A stretch of 63,268 bases of DNA, filler included, from Octopus bimaculoides (lineage: Eukaryota): NCBI RefSeq assembly GCF_001194135.2. It is 6 parts of 5 records of this genome, joined end to end, with 100 filler letters (N's around TTAATTAATTAA, not from the genome) between each part and the next. Parts side by side here need not be neighbours in the genome. Positions count along the whole stretch, not along the records: positions 1 to 17,947 come from NC_068991.1; 5 more parts are not named here. One strand, written 5' to 3'. The notes below the pieces were generated by a model. The model saw nothing but the letters and a program-made list of their open reading frames with translations. It was not told the origin of the DNA and did no database searches. Of this stretch, positions 1 to 12,338 are shown in pieces. Every line of letters starts with the position of its first letter. The first letter of the stretch is position 1. Position numbers and translations under genes: made by a program.

Positions 1-245
1 ATCATTTTGAGTGTGGCCGTTGCCAGTACCGCCTGACTGGCCTTCGTGCGGGTGACATGTAAAAGCACCCACTACACTCTCTGAGTGGTTGGCGTTAGGA
101 AGGGCATCCAGCTGTAGAAACTCTGCCAAATCAGATTGGAGCCTGGTGTTGCCATCTGGTTTCACCAGTCCTCTGTCAAATCGTCCAACCCATGCTAGCA
201 TGGAAAGCGGACGTTAAACGATGATGATGATGATGATGATGATGA
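1..245 (+). mobile_element. SINE 3' portion (family C here) with RTE-like tail and (GAT)n end
   Basis: Near-identical to 40075-40292 (+) and, inverted, to 41070-41170 and 1312-1361; ends ...CCAACCCATGCTAGCATGGAAAGCGGACGTTAAAC(GAT)n. Confidence 0.85.
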
Positions 246-334
246 TATATATATACATATAAATCTGTAATTGTCATATATATGTCTGTTTGATGTTTCT
301 TTCATTACTATTTTCTCTCTTCCTATTTTTACAG

Positions 335-411
335 ATGTTTTACAAGTGTTGAGTCAGAAGCTTTCCTCACTTCGGATGGACCTGTCGGCTTTAAGAAGTG
401 CTGATCACTAA
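335..411 (+). CDS. Probable terminal coding exon of an upstream gene, (D)VLQVLSQKLSSLRMDLSALRSADH*; product unidentified
   Basis: Strong polypyrimidine tract and acceptor (ctattttctctcttcctatttttacag, ends 334); open phase-1 frame to TAA at 409-411; followed by several kb of mostly unique AT-rich 3'UTR-like sequence. Confidence 0.55.
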
Positions 412-807
412 CATATGCATATCTCCATGTCTTTAACTCTCCATTTATTTGCTAGTATTCCATTTGACCCCATTCCTTCTCTACCTTACCACATAGATTG
501 TCATTTGTTGTCGCCTCTTGAACTTTTTTGTGATATTTTATCATAACGACCTCCAGACAAGCAAATGACAGATGCTTACAGAGAAACAGTATCATAGAGA
601 AAAAAGTGTGCTGTAAAAAATACAGCAATCTTATATATTTTGTCTATTGCATGAAGTCTTGTAGTGAAGAATTGGTAGCATGCCTGATCTAACTATGTCT
701 GTATGTCAGGTGTGTCAGGAGTTTTTTAATTCCCAAATAATTTTTGAACTTTATTTTCTGGTCTCTTGAAAACTCATCATTTTTGTATTAATATAGTTAT
801 GAAGTTA

Positions 808-1020
808 ATGACAGCAAGCTAGCAGAATCATTAGCGTGCTGGGCAAAATGCTTAGCAGCATTCTGTCCGTCTTTATGATCTGAGTTCAAATTCCGCCAAG
901 GTCAGCTTTGCCTTTCATCCTTTTGGGCTTGATAAAATAAGCACCAGTTGAACAATGGGGTTAATACAATCGACTTACCCCTCCTCTAAGATTGCTGGCC
1001 TTGTGCTAAAATTTGAAACC
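808..1020 (+). mobile_element. tRNA-derived SINE (family B) with 18-bp target-site duplication
   Basis: AATATAGTTATGAAGTTA at 790-807 and 1021-1038; B-box-like GAGTTCAAATTCC; homologous copies at 12891, 15150, 35146, 35338, 36005. Confidence 0.9.
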
Positions 1021-1311
1021 AATATAGTTATGAAGTTATATTTATTGAGATTATAAGAATTACATCAACAGTTTGTCACATATCATCTTTCACTTTGTTA
1101 TTTGTCTTTCACTTTGTTATTTGTCTTTCACTTTTGATTAAATTCCATTCTCTGTCTGCTATGTAATCTCATTATAAATGCTTCCAAAAGAATATAAGAA
1201 TTGATTTGGTAAGACTGATCAGTTCAGTATTTTGTTACAGAATCAACAACTTTAAAATTGTTTGTGATAAACAGTTATTAAGGCACCAAAAATGCAAAGA
1301 AATATTTCCCA

Positions 1312-1361
1312 TCATCATCATCGTTTAACGTCCGCTTTCCATGCTAGCATGGGTTGGACGA
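1312..1361 (-). mobile_element. SINE family C 3' tail, inverted
   Basis: Reverse complement of about 181-230 including (GAT)n; runs into (AT)n and a gap. Confidence 0.8.
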
Positions 1362-1362
1362 C

Positions 1363-1394
<32 letters not shown>

Positions 1395-1811
1395 NNNNNN
1401 NNNNNNNNNNNNNNNNNNNNNNNNNNNNNNNNNNNNNNNNNNNNNNNNNNNNNNNNNNNNNNNNNNNNNNNNNNNNNNNNNNNNNNNNNNNNNNNNNNNN
1501 NNNNNNNNNNNNNNNNNNNNNNNNNNNNNNNNNNNNNNNNNNNNNNNNNNNNNNNNNNNNNNNNNNNNNNNNNNNNNNNNNNNNNNNNNNNNNNNNNNNN
1601 NNNNNNNNNNNNNNNNNNNNNNNNNNNNNNNNNNNNNNNNNNNNNNNNNNNNNNNNNNNNNNNNNNNNNNNNNNNNNNNNNNNNNNNNNNNNNNNNNNNN
1701 NNNNNNNNNNNNNNNNNNNNNNNNNNNNNNNNNNNNNNNNNNNNNNNNNNNNNNNNNNNNNNNNNNNNNNNNNNNNNNNNNNNNNNNNNNNNNNNNNNNN
1801 NNNNNNNNNNN

Positions 1812-1843
<32 letters not shown>

Positions 1844-3974
1844 ACATATATAATATATTTTTTTTAAATACTGAACATGTTTCAATCACTTTTTGTCATT
1901 ACATTTAGTAAAACCAGGAAGTTTACTAGAGAAAACATCTCAATTTCTGTTGTCTTTTTATCTGAGCATGTTTTATTATATGGCTGGTGTTTTGCTGTAC
2001 AGCTGATTGGATGACACTTGTGATATTTCTCCAGATATAACTGGTATCAATATATTGTGCATTCACCAGTGATATGGTTTCTTGATGTTGCTGTTTGGAA
2101 GCCATTTTTCTCAAGTTTTCTACATGCTCTTCCCATCTCTTTAGTTACTGGTGATTGATATTATTATTCTCATTAAACTTTTCCACCAGCTGTTCTGTTT
2201 GATTTCAGCGTAACTCTGTGACAACCAGAGTTTGTCTTTGGTGATTGTCTTCATTTCATTGTTCTTTAATCACTTGATTTAAACCATACATTAATCCCTC
2301 CACCTTTCACTGTGTACATAGTTATTTCTGTCTCTATTCTCATAAATTAATTATTTTTAGATGAAAACAAAAAAATTGATGTTTTCTGGATTTTCTTTCT
2401 GAATTTCTGTTATCTTTTATTGAAACTTTATCTCATGTTTACAATCTATTAGTGAATTTGGTGTTGTTAATCCTTTCAAAGTCTGTGAAACATTGTCATT
2501 GTTGCTGAGGGTTTGTATAAAATAGGTTTGATTATGAACCCTGTATTTCTGAACAAAAAAAGAAAAATTACCACTACAAGTTTGGATCTGTTTCTACCCC
2601 AGAGTTTTTTTCTGTTTTGGCTTAATTAATTTGATATTTTATTTCTGATGAAATGCACAGCCTGCTATGTGTTTCAATTAATTTGAAAAATACTCAAGTA
2701 TTTTGAGGGATTTAGTTAAATATTTTTTTTACTAAACTGGTGTTTGGAATAGATCTTATATAAAATTTTAACAAAAGGTTTAAGTTCAATCTAAATAACA
2801 CATGAAATCTAGAAGTTTTGTGTTATCAGGTGGGTTAAGGGAAAAAGGTTAACTGAATATATTTAACAGATTCCAGTATTTTATTTTAATGGTTTAATAC
2901 TAAACACATTAGATTAAGCTATGAGATATGGTTGGTTATTGAACTAACTATAGTATTTATTATATTCTATGTAATTTACATTACAGATCTGATGGTTTAT
3001 TTCACATGTTTATAATGTTTTAATAGTTGCCATAGTAGTTTAATATTTGAAGTAAATTAGACACATTTAGAAAAGTTTCATAATTCTCTTAGAATAATTT
3101 ACTTTTAGTATTGAGCTAAAAAGAAGTGTTTAGTTGTTTCTATTTTGTTTAGTTGTGTTTTGGTGTTTACTTTGAATGAAATAATTGTATTTACAATGAT
3201 GAAGACATTGAATACTTACATTTGACCTTCGTCTGCTTTTCTGTATACTTTTCGAAAGATTATCACAAACTGTTACACTTTGTCATCAAACAATTTATCA
3301 GTTTCATTTCACAATCTATCATCATTTTCACTTAAAAGCATATCAAATTTGCTAAATTATTATCATCATTCTTTTCTTTTTTATTTATTAACAACTATTA
3401 ATATTTGCCAAACCCAATTGTTTACAAATTATATTTCTTTTGTAAGTGAATCCAAAAAATTGTTTTTGTTCTTCCATACTACTGCTACTGCTGCTGCAAC
3501 TATTGAATATATTCTTTTCTACTCTAGGCTCAAGGCCCAAAATTAACTATTGAATATATTGAATATCAGAAAGTTTGTTTCTTCTCAGTTTGACCATTGC
3601 AGCAGTATTTTACTGAAATATTGAAAAATGTTATAAACAAAGACATTTTGAACCTTCAGTTAATGTAATCTGTTGAGATGATACAGTTAAGATGAGCATT
3701 TCCATTTCCCCCTCATCTGTTGAAACTTTCACTTTTCCTTAATTCTATTCTGTAGTGTTTGGTAAATATAATAATTGTAACTTCAAACCTTGGTTGTGAT
3801 GCCATACACAAAGAAACATTTGTATCAAGCTGTTGAAACAGTCTAGATGTATAGAATGAATAAAATTGTATATAGTCTATATTGTCTTCAAGTCTTTGTA
3901 TGTTACTGCAGTATGCATGCATGCATTCATTCATTCATGCATGCATACATACATACATACATACATACATACAT

Positions 3975-4385
3975 TCATACAAAGAAAATATCTGCACTGA
4001 ACAATTGAGAAATTTACAATTACTCTATCCAGATTACAAGTTCAGGTTTATACCTGTAATTATTGGGGCACTGGGATATGTAATACATTGCCTAAATACC
4101 AGTCTTGAGAAATTAGGCTTCTCAAAACCAGAAAGGAGAAAACCTGATTCAAAGACCACAGATCCAATTCATTACTGGAACTGTAAAAATCTGTAAAAGT
4201 TGACAGAAGTTTATTGTTTTGCAACTATATGCATGAGAATACATACATAAAACCAAACATACAAATCTGCACACATACCTACCAACCCTTTTGATGTTGA
4301 AATTCCAATGATGGAGCCTCGTGTCAAGGTAAGAAAGTGGCTCTTTCTCTAATGGCAAAAAATCTTGAAGTAAAACTGAATAATG
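3975..4385 (+). mobile_element. 3' fragment of an RLE-type (R4-like) non-LTR retrotransposon plus 3'UTR
   Basis: Translates KENICTEQLRNLQLLYPDYKFRFIPVIIGALGYVIHCLNTSLEKLGF..(frameshift)..TGTVKICK, matching the typical RLE C-terminus (K..Y..L....PVIIGALG); 3'UTR recurs inverted at 33030-33210. Confidence 0.75.
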
Positions 4386-5529
4386 GATGTAAATATTTGC
4401 AGATGTGTGTGTGTGTGTGTGTAATTACTTGTATTTCAGTATTTTATCATCATTGTCATCTGCCCACTTATATCATTCGGAGAACCACATCTCAGTTCTA
4501 CATTTCATTTTTTATATAGTTTGTACAACTGGATACCTTTCTTGATACCAATCACTTTACTTGAAGCATCAAGGAGTCCTAGCAACAAGACTGTTCTAGG
4601 TGTATTTTATTGAGACACCAAAAGGTTGCCATTTGTCCTCAACAAGAATAAAGGGTCCTTTTGACCCTACAGTTTCTCCCCCTTCAGTGATCATCCACTT
4701 CACAAAGTGTACTGAGTGCATTCTATCAAGGAATCAGCTCTAGTGTGACTGATTTGGACCTTATAAAACTAAAGTCTTCATTACAGTGTTTGTTAATTGT
4801 AAGTAATGCAACCAAGAAGTGGGAGGATAGTAGAGGGAGAGTGAGATAACAAAAGAAGCAGGCTGAAGTGGAGAAGGAAGCAAGGACAGATTCACTGGGG
4901 TTAGAAGTAGTTGAGTTGGGAGGTAAGAGAGGGAAAGGTAGAGGTGGACATTGGTAGGAGTATGTGGTAGAAGTCTACAAGTGGCTCAGGGAAGAAGGAA
5001 TGATGACTGGCAATACACAAAGGCTGATGGTACAACCTTTTTCACTAACAGTGATAGAATAATACAAAAAAATAGAAGAGGTCAATGTTGAGTGACAGAG
5101 AGATGAAAGAACATCAAAGATACAAGAGGCTGATATAGATTTGATAGAAACATGGGGAGAGAGACCCAGTTGTGTGCATATATATGTAAACATCATCTTT
5201 GCTATCTGTGTTGGTATTGCTGGATGCCCTTCCTAATGCCAACCACTTTACAGAGTGTACTGGGTGCTTTTATGAGTAAAACTGCACCAGGGTAGTTTTA
5301 CATGGCACTATAGAAATATTCATAGAAGTGGCTGATGCAAAGTAACATTTTCAAGATTCTTAAAATAAAGAACTCAAAACAAGAAGTCTGAAAGTCAACC
5401 AAAGAAATTTAATTCCCAACAAAGCCTTTGGGTGAAACAATGCATTTTATTAGACTCACAGTTATTGATTAAACACATATACATATATATACATATTATG
5501 TCTTCCTGCCGACATTTTTAAAGTCACCT

Positions 5530-5720
5530 TTGCCATGCCTACATGGCTAAGTGGGTCTCCTCTAGTGCTGCATGTTACCAATTATAGTGCTTTGTCACAT
5601 CTGTGGGATTCAACAGCATGAGATCAGTCTCAACCACATCACACCATGTCTTCTTGAGTCTCCCTCTTCCACACACTCCATCTACTTTGTGTGCCCTGCA
5701 CTTCCCCATAAAGCTGTAAT
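5530..5720 (-). mobile_element. Decayed RTE-clade LINE 3' end
   Basis: Minus strand reads VDGVCGRGRLKKTWCDVVETDL (RTE GRP..TW motif) and ends ACCCACTTAGCCATGTAGGCATGG, resembling the family C SINE tail. Confidence 0.6.
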
Positions 5721-5914
5721 CACATGCTCAACACATTGCTTTCTAGTATCTACAACTCCTCTGCATTCAAAGACTATCTCACTGCCATGTTGTTTCACAG
5801 TTCATACACAAGTATTATTCAATCTGTCAATGGAAAAACATAAACATGCATTCAAAATTTTAAAAATGTAGGTGAGATGACATTTTTTAATAATTAAAGA
5901 ATAATCATATCAAT

Positions 5915-6420
5915 GAGAATCTATGGTCACTCAACCAGTTAGAAATAGTAGCCAAATCTCCCTCAAATCACATACTAGTGTCTTAAAAAAGAAATTAAGA
6001 TTACATAGGATAATGTAGTTCTAGATACACTTTTGTCTGAATAAAATATGAATGATCATGACAGGAACATATTTATCATAGGTCTACTGGATTAGGGCTG
6101 AGGTGAGGCTAAACAACAACCCCATCATAAACTAACACTGAATACATCCAGTGGAATGCATCAGATCATAAAACACTTTGGTCTCTCATTCAATTGGAAT
6201 AAATCTGAAATAATAGAATATATAGTTGTTTAGCCTTAAGTATCCCCGACTGAACTCTGATCTTCCCCATCTTATTTTTAATGACTACTAATTAGTCACA
6301 TTGCGTTTTTGTTTTCTTTAAAGACAGTTTTTTTTTTTTTAGAGCGGTTGCGTGAGTGTGTGATTTGAAGGAGATGTAGCTGCTGTTTCCGATAGAACCA
6401 TGTAGAAGGCCCCTTGTTGC
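5915..6420. repeat. Two diverged copies of one interspersed repeat in inverted orientation (about 5915-6120 + and 6222-6420 -)
   Basis: AGCCAAATCTCCCTCAAATCACA vs TGTGATTTGAAGGAGATGTAGCT, and GGCTAAACAAC vs GTTGTTTAGCC, are reverse complements. Confidence 0.6.
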
Positions 6421-6564
6421 TTCAAGTACATGTGTATTGTAAATGGGGAAAATAATTCTATTAGAACACGACAGATTTACATGATTTAAATTATCACAAT
6501 TTTAAAATTTACTAATTATGAATAAAATAATAATTTTACGTTTTTAGTATTTGTTTAACTACGT

Positions 6565-6703
6565 TCTTGGTGTGAAATCGTGAATTGAAATGTGTATTTT
6601 GGGAGGGTCATTTCATAATTAATTGTTTGACCAATTATTTGATTAACCAACTAATAGTTGGTTTATCAGAGTTCTTTCGTCGCCTTCTTCGATCTCATGA
6701 ATG
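6565..6703 (-). mobile_element. Diverged copy of the hammerhead-bearing, Penelope-associated repeat
   Basis: CAGAGTTCTTTCGTC (6667-6681) is identical to 34385-34399; GGTGTGAAATCGTGAATTGAAA resembles the reverse complement of about 18955-18980; ribozyme core degenerate. Confidence 0.5.
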
Positions 6704-7174
6704 ACATATCTTCATTCTCAGCAGTTCAGTCACTGTCTCTTGTAAGAGTTACTTTTCTTACAGATATAACGAGAACAAAGTTGTCTCCCTTGTACAATAC
6801 GTTTTTTTTCTCGTTTTATTTAATATTTTTATCTTGACATTTTTTAAAGTTAGTTTTTCTGAAAAAAAGCGTAATGACAGGAAAATTCCAGCAAAGCTGT
6901 GTGATAGAAGTGTCAGACGTAGCATGCAGACCATCATATAACTTGTTTTATTCTTCTCTTCCGTTTTATTTTGACATGCGCATTGCGTTTATATCCTTCT
7001 CTTCTGTTTTACGAATTCAGTGTGCACATGCACAATGTGTGTTCATACTTCTCTTTCTTTTCCCCCCTCTTAAAACTGTTTCTAGACCACAACCATCTCA
7101 TGAACCTGCGTTCTTTATTTTTTCCTCTGCCAGGAAACACCATACACTTCTGTTCAGTTCAATAGATCAGTATG

Positions 7175-7209
<35 letters not shown>

Positions 7210-8329
7210 CTTGCTATTGGAGTTACGTCAATTCAACTGTGGTGTAAAGAGCAAATTGTAATCGTGTGATCCTACAGGCCGGTCCCTTAACAGAACTTAC
7301 ATTAAATTGGTCACCGCTGGGACCAGTATGCTGAATGCCATCATGTTGGATAGGGAGGCAACGGAAGTTTCTTCAATGTGGCTAGATCAGATGATGTGAG
7401 GCCTAAATGAGATACTACTCTCTAAAGTAGTAATAGTAGTAGTAGTAGTAGTAGTAGTATTGAGGCATATGTTGAAAACAGCGCATTACTGCAACTGCCA
7501 TTTGTTGGTGATTCCCAACTCCTGATGCATGACACACTTGCACCACTCAGGCAACAACCCTCCAATCCATGGGTCTGTTTTGGTAGTCGTTGTTGGTGAC
7601 GGGTTTTACGAAGCTGGAGTGCAAATCCTACCTCAACCTCTTTTAGTCTCCTTTTACGACACACCGAGGAAATATTGGGTTTATTTTTTAACATCGGTCC
7701 CGATACAACACAAAGGCAGTGCTAACTAAGAACTTGCCAGGGCTTGATCAACTGCTGGGTCACCCGGCTGGGTCCCCTGGCTGTGTGCTTGATTGTTGAA
7801 AGACCTGAAACACTTAATAACTTCAAGAAGCATCACTGATGATGTATTTTATGTGCATCACCAGATGATGAATGACTCGCGCGCGCGCACGCACACGCAA
7901 ATTTGGTCAAATACATTATTTTCAATATTTAATTTGGCTTGCAACAGACGGTTCTTTTGGTCAAACTATCGCATCTCCATCTGCTACAGATGAAAATTGT
8001 CAAAGTGTAATACAACGGTTTAGCATTTATCAAAAGTGTAGTAAGCCCCACAAACGACTTTCTTTAAACTGAAGTTGTGAATTAAAAGTTCGATTCGAAC
8101 TTAATGCTAACAGCGTTATACGAATATATACAGTAAATCCTCGCATTAACGGATCCCAATTTAAATATTAATAATGCAGTTATGTATTACTATTATAGAT
8201 ACAAGTTATTCTTCAACTACACTTCAAAAAGAAAGTCAATAATACATGTCCTTTAATATCATTTAACGCTTTTAATTCCAAATAATATTTAATTATAAAA
8301 ACTAAATAGAAAATATATACCTGTCGTAC

Positions 8330-8600
8330 GCGCTGGAATGGAAATGTCCTATGTCTCCCGTTAGATCATCCTATCAGCTCTTTACTCTCATTTTTCGACG
8401 CGGCATCTGCAGGCTGGAAGAGGCTTCGTGGCAGGCCTCGCAGCTGATGACTGGACGTGACTGGAGAAGATCTCCAGAGGCTCGACGTCATCTTGGAGGA
8501 TGCAGAGGGGTTGGTACTGGACAATCAGCGATGGAGAGCCCTGGTGGACCTGGTTGGCTCTACGCATGATGACACCTCTGGGATCCCAGCCCCATCAAAT
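8330..8600 (+). mobile_element. RTE-like LINE 3' fragment
   Basis: Reads GRKRLRGRPRS*WLDVTGEDLQRLDVILEDAEGLVLDNQRWRALV (GRP..W...DL...A.DR..WR motif). Confidence 0.7.
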
Positions 8601-8799
8601 AAGATCATGAAGCTAAGAACAAGCAAACAGAAAATTTAATAATTACATATTTAACACATATGTATGCGATACATATGTAAATCAATACCACATTAAAATA
8701 CAAATCCCAAACCGAAGAAAATATAAACATGAGCGAAGAAAAGAATAAAAAAAAGAAAACGAAGAGGAAGGAAGAAGAAAAAATCAATCAACACTAAGT

Positions 8800-9189
8800 A
8801 TTTCAATTCGTCACACAACACTGGGTTCAACGGAGCCTACTGAAGCAGGTCAATACGCTCGCGACATTACTGTGGGTGATGGCGAGGTTAAGACGTTGGA
8901 ACAGTCAAGCACCCTCATGGATATCACCTGACACCTTGGTAAGGCGAGCTGTCAACGATGACAAGAATTTTGTTGTTAGCGGCCCAACCACTCCAAACGT
9001 TTCAAATTCCACAGGCCGGAAGTAATGGTTCACTGATAGGTCCCAATACTTCAGGATTTTGCTCCGTTCGGTTACGAACGCAGTGACCCTCCCATTTACC
9101 GCAGCATCCAAGATGTGGGAGGTAACAAAGGAATCGTCGACTCTGGCGTCCCAGGGACAAAGTGTAAGACCATCTGGTCTCTTCCCACC
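8800..9189 (-). mobile_element. CRE-like non-LTR retrotransposon 3' end (RLE domain)
   Basis: GGKRPDGLTLCPW/DA...SKILKYWDLSVNHYFRPVEFETFGVVGP...GDIHEGA*LFQRLNLAI..NVASVL matches the RPDG / K.KY / P...ETFG / QR.S.AI.RGNA endonuclease signature. Confidence 0.75.
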
Positions 9190-9339
9190 ACTTTTAATTT
9201 GTAATAGTACAATATATTAAAATCAACAAAAATGACGCCTATGTTTCCTTTGATTTAACAGAGTTTCCGTACCAAATGCACATTTCGTCTTCATTATATC
9301 GATGATGCGTGTAATTTACAAGTTAGAAACTAAATATTC

Positions 9340-9966
9340 GGGATCTTTTTTTAAAACGGGGGCCACATTTTTCATTAAAGAAACACTTTGAAACTTGGAA
9401 CACTGGTAGAATGTGTCATATAAAACATCTTTTTCTCTTAGGGATTTCTTTTTTTTAAAGAAGACTAAGTTATTCCATGTTAAAGTTGTCGTATTTCTGT
9501 AATTTCAACCAATCACTGACGTCCATTCAGCCGATATACATTAAGTGCCGACTACATAAACAAACGATTCTGAAACAATTCTATCGGTGATAGGGTTAGG
9601 GTTAGGGTAAAACAGCAAATTTAAAAAGAAAAAAGCAAATAAAACGAAGAAAAAAAAAAGAAAATGAAAAAAGCAAATTTAAAATGAAAAAAGCAAATAA
9701 AACGAAGCTATGGCTTAATCAGCCAAAGGAGTAAATATAAACAACTGAATACTTGTCAGTGATTGGTTGAAATTATCGAAATAAGACAATTTTTTACATG
9801 AAATAAATTCGAATACAAAAATATTTTTCTTTTCTATAACACAAAATAGATAAGTATACGAAGTTTGAAAGTCTTTCGGTACCAAAAACACTACGTAAAA
9901 CATTAATGAAAAATGTGGCCCCCGTTTTAAAAAACATGCAATATTCGTCCAATATAAAAGGATCCC
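9340..9966. mobile_element. Non-autonomous DNA transposon (MITE-like) with long imperfect inverted arms and internal TTAGGG repeats
   Basis: 9340-9378 is inverted at 9903-9966; 9501-9520 is inverted at 9755-9774; TAGGGTTAGGGTTAGGG at 9591-9607; right arm repeated at 12339-12565. Confidence 0.65.
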
Positions 9967-10125
9967 CAATTTATTTTCTACAACTAAAAATTTTATAAAA
10001 CCAAGAGAAATAACTGTAATTGAAACAAAGTGGTCTCCCATGAACTATTACGTGAAAGAAATTTCAGACTCTTCCCTTTGAGTGAAAGTTATTAAAAGTT
10101 TTTATATTTTCTGCTTTTCTCACAG

Positions 10126-10163
10126 AAATGTTGACTTATATTAAAGAATGTTATGCAATCAAC
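10126..10163 (+). CDS. Candidate 38-nt micro-exon (x-MLTYIKECYAIN)
   Basis: Acceptor ttttctgcttttctcacag and consensus donor GTAAGT at 10164; one open frame. No partner exons identified. Confidence 0.3.
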
Positions 10164-10944
10164 GTAAGTCACGTCAACTGTAATAAATTTATTTATCATA
10201 ATCGTTGTCACATATTGCTGTTATGGTCGTCATCGCTGCTACCGTCGTCGTCTTTACAAATCGCCTTACGTGTTTTGAGATCTCCCAGTTTCTTGTCGTT
10301 TCCCAACCACGAATACCGTACACTGTAACCGCTTCGCAATACATTATTTATTCACGCCACATTCTAATGGCTGCAGCACACGCACACATCTCACAGGATG
10401 TCCGAGTCAATATGGCAGCACCTAAGTGGTCTCTAGATAAAACTAGAAACAGCAGAGAAGTTTCCCTCATTTTGTACCTCTCTATCATCTTGAAACAATA
10501 GAGGAATTCATTAGATATTGCTGTATTACATAAATACGATGGTCGGTCACAGATTAAACGTCTTTGACAGGTACGAATGATCTATCCCATCTGTTTTCGC
10601 CATATGCAACAATAATAACAACAACAGCAACAACAAAGGCAGCTCTTGACGGAGTTTTGTCTATTAATTGCATAATGTTGCAGCGAACTCTGGTGAGCTT
10701 CCTCTCTCTATTATATATACATACATTAGAACGTAGCAGATAACAGCAGACCTTTGGGGCGCTATTTGGACCCTGTTGTGTCCACCACTCTGATTGTTTG
10801 GTATTGGCGCAATTTGTCTCTTACTCTAGTCGCGCCAATATGCAACCTAACCAATCGCAGCCTTCAAATAAATTTTATACCTCAATATTTAATCATAATT
10901 GTTGTTGTTTCTTTCTTTCAATTGTCAGACCTGAATGTTTCTAG

Positions 10945-11292
10945 TTGTTTTTGGCACTCCGTCGCTTGCGACGTCGAGGGTTCCAGTTGATCCGATCAAC
11001 GGAACAGCCTGCTCGTGAAATTAACGTGCAAGTGACTGAGCACTCCACAGACACGTGTACCCTTAATGTAGTTCTCGGCAATATTCAGCGTGACACAGTG
11101 TGACAAGACTGTCCCTTTGAATTACAGGTACGACAGAAACAGGAAGAAAGAGTGAGAGAAAGTTGTGGTGAAAGAGTACAGCAGGGTTCGCCACCACCCC
11201 CTGCCGGAGCCTCGTGGAGCTTTAGGCGTTTTCGCTCAATAAACACTCACAACGCCCGGTCTGGGAATCGAAACCGCGATCCTATGACCGCG
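10945..11292 (-). mobile_element. tRNA-derived SINE with conserved central/3' domain; head truncated by gap
   Basis: Minus strand has B-box GGTTTCGATTCCC; 3' half (GTCACACT.TGTCACGCTGAAT...GCTGTTCCG.TGATC) shared with 27733-28014. Confidence 0.8.
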
Positions 11293-12338
11293 NNNNNNNN
11301 NNNNNNNNNNNNNNNNNNNNNNNNNNNNNNNNNNNNNNNNNNNNNNNNNNNNNNNNNNNNNNNNNNNNNNNNNNNNNNNNNNNNNNNNNNNNNNNNNNNN
11401 NNNNNNNNNNNNNNNNNNNNNNNNNNNNNNNNNNNNNNNNNNNNNNNNNNNNNNNNNNNNNNNNNNNNNNNNNNNNNNNNNNNNNNNNNNNNNNNNNNNN
11501 NNNNNNNNNNNNNNNNNNNNNNNNNNNNNNNNNNNNNNNNNNNNNNNNNNNNNNNNNNNNNNNNNNNNNNNNNNNNNNNNNNNNNNNNNNNNNNNNNNNN
11601 NNNNNNNNNNNNNNNNNNNNNNNNNNNNNNNNNNNNNNNNNNNNNNNNNNNNNNNNNNNNNNNNNNNNNNNNNNNNNNNNNNNNNNNNNNNNNNNNNNNN
11701 NNNNNNNNNNNNNNNNNNNNNNNNNNNNNNNNNNNNNNNNNNNNNNNNNNNNNNNNNNNNNNNNNNNNNNNNNNNNNNNNNNNNNNNNNNNNNNNNNNNN
11801 NNNNNNNNNNNNNNNNNNNNNNNNNNNNNNNNNNNNNNNNNNNNNNNNNNNNNNNNNNNNNNNNNNNNNNNNNNNNNNNNNNNNNNNNNNNNNNNNNNNN
11901 NNNNNNNNNNNNNNNNNNNNNNNNNNNNNNNNNNNNNNNNNNNNNNNNNNNNNNNNNNNNNNNNNNNNNNNNNNNNNNNNNNNNNNNNNNNNNNNNNNNN
12001 NNNNNNNNNNNNNNNNNNNNNNNNNNNNNNNNNNNNNNNNNNNNNNNNNNNNNNNNNNNNNNNNNNNNNNNNNNNNNNNNNNNNNNNNNNNNNNNNNNNN
12101 NNNNNNNNNNNNNNNNNNNNNNNNNNNNNNNNNNNNNNNNNNNNNNNNNNNNNNNNNNNNNNNNNNNNNNNNNNNNNNNNNNNNNNNNNNNNNNNNNNNN
12201 NNNNNNNNNNNTGTACACATACAGTTCAGGCAGATGTTAACGAAATTATATTAAAAATAAAACGAAGGAAAACGAACACACGTGTGTTGCCTCTCTGCAA
12301 AATGTCAGAAGTAATGGAGATTAAATACGCTTTACACC

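Noticed and set aside
1292-1908. Long X-rich ORFs in the track (also at 11-15 kb, 28.7-29.8 kb, 41-45 kb, 61.5-62.6 kb)
   Set aside because: They are open only because N runs contain no stop codons.
9591-9607. TTAGGG repeats as a telomere or chromosome fusion scar
   Set aside because: Fewer than three full units, located inside a MITE-like repeat.
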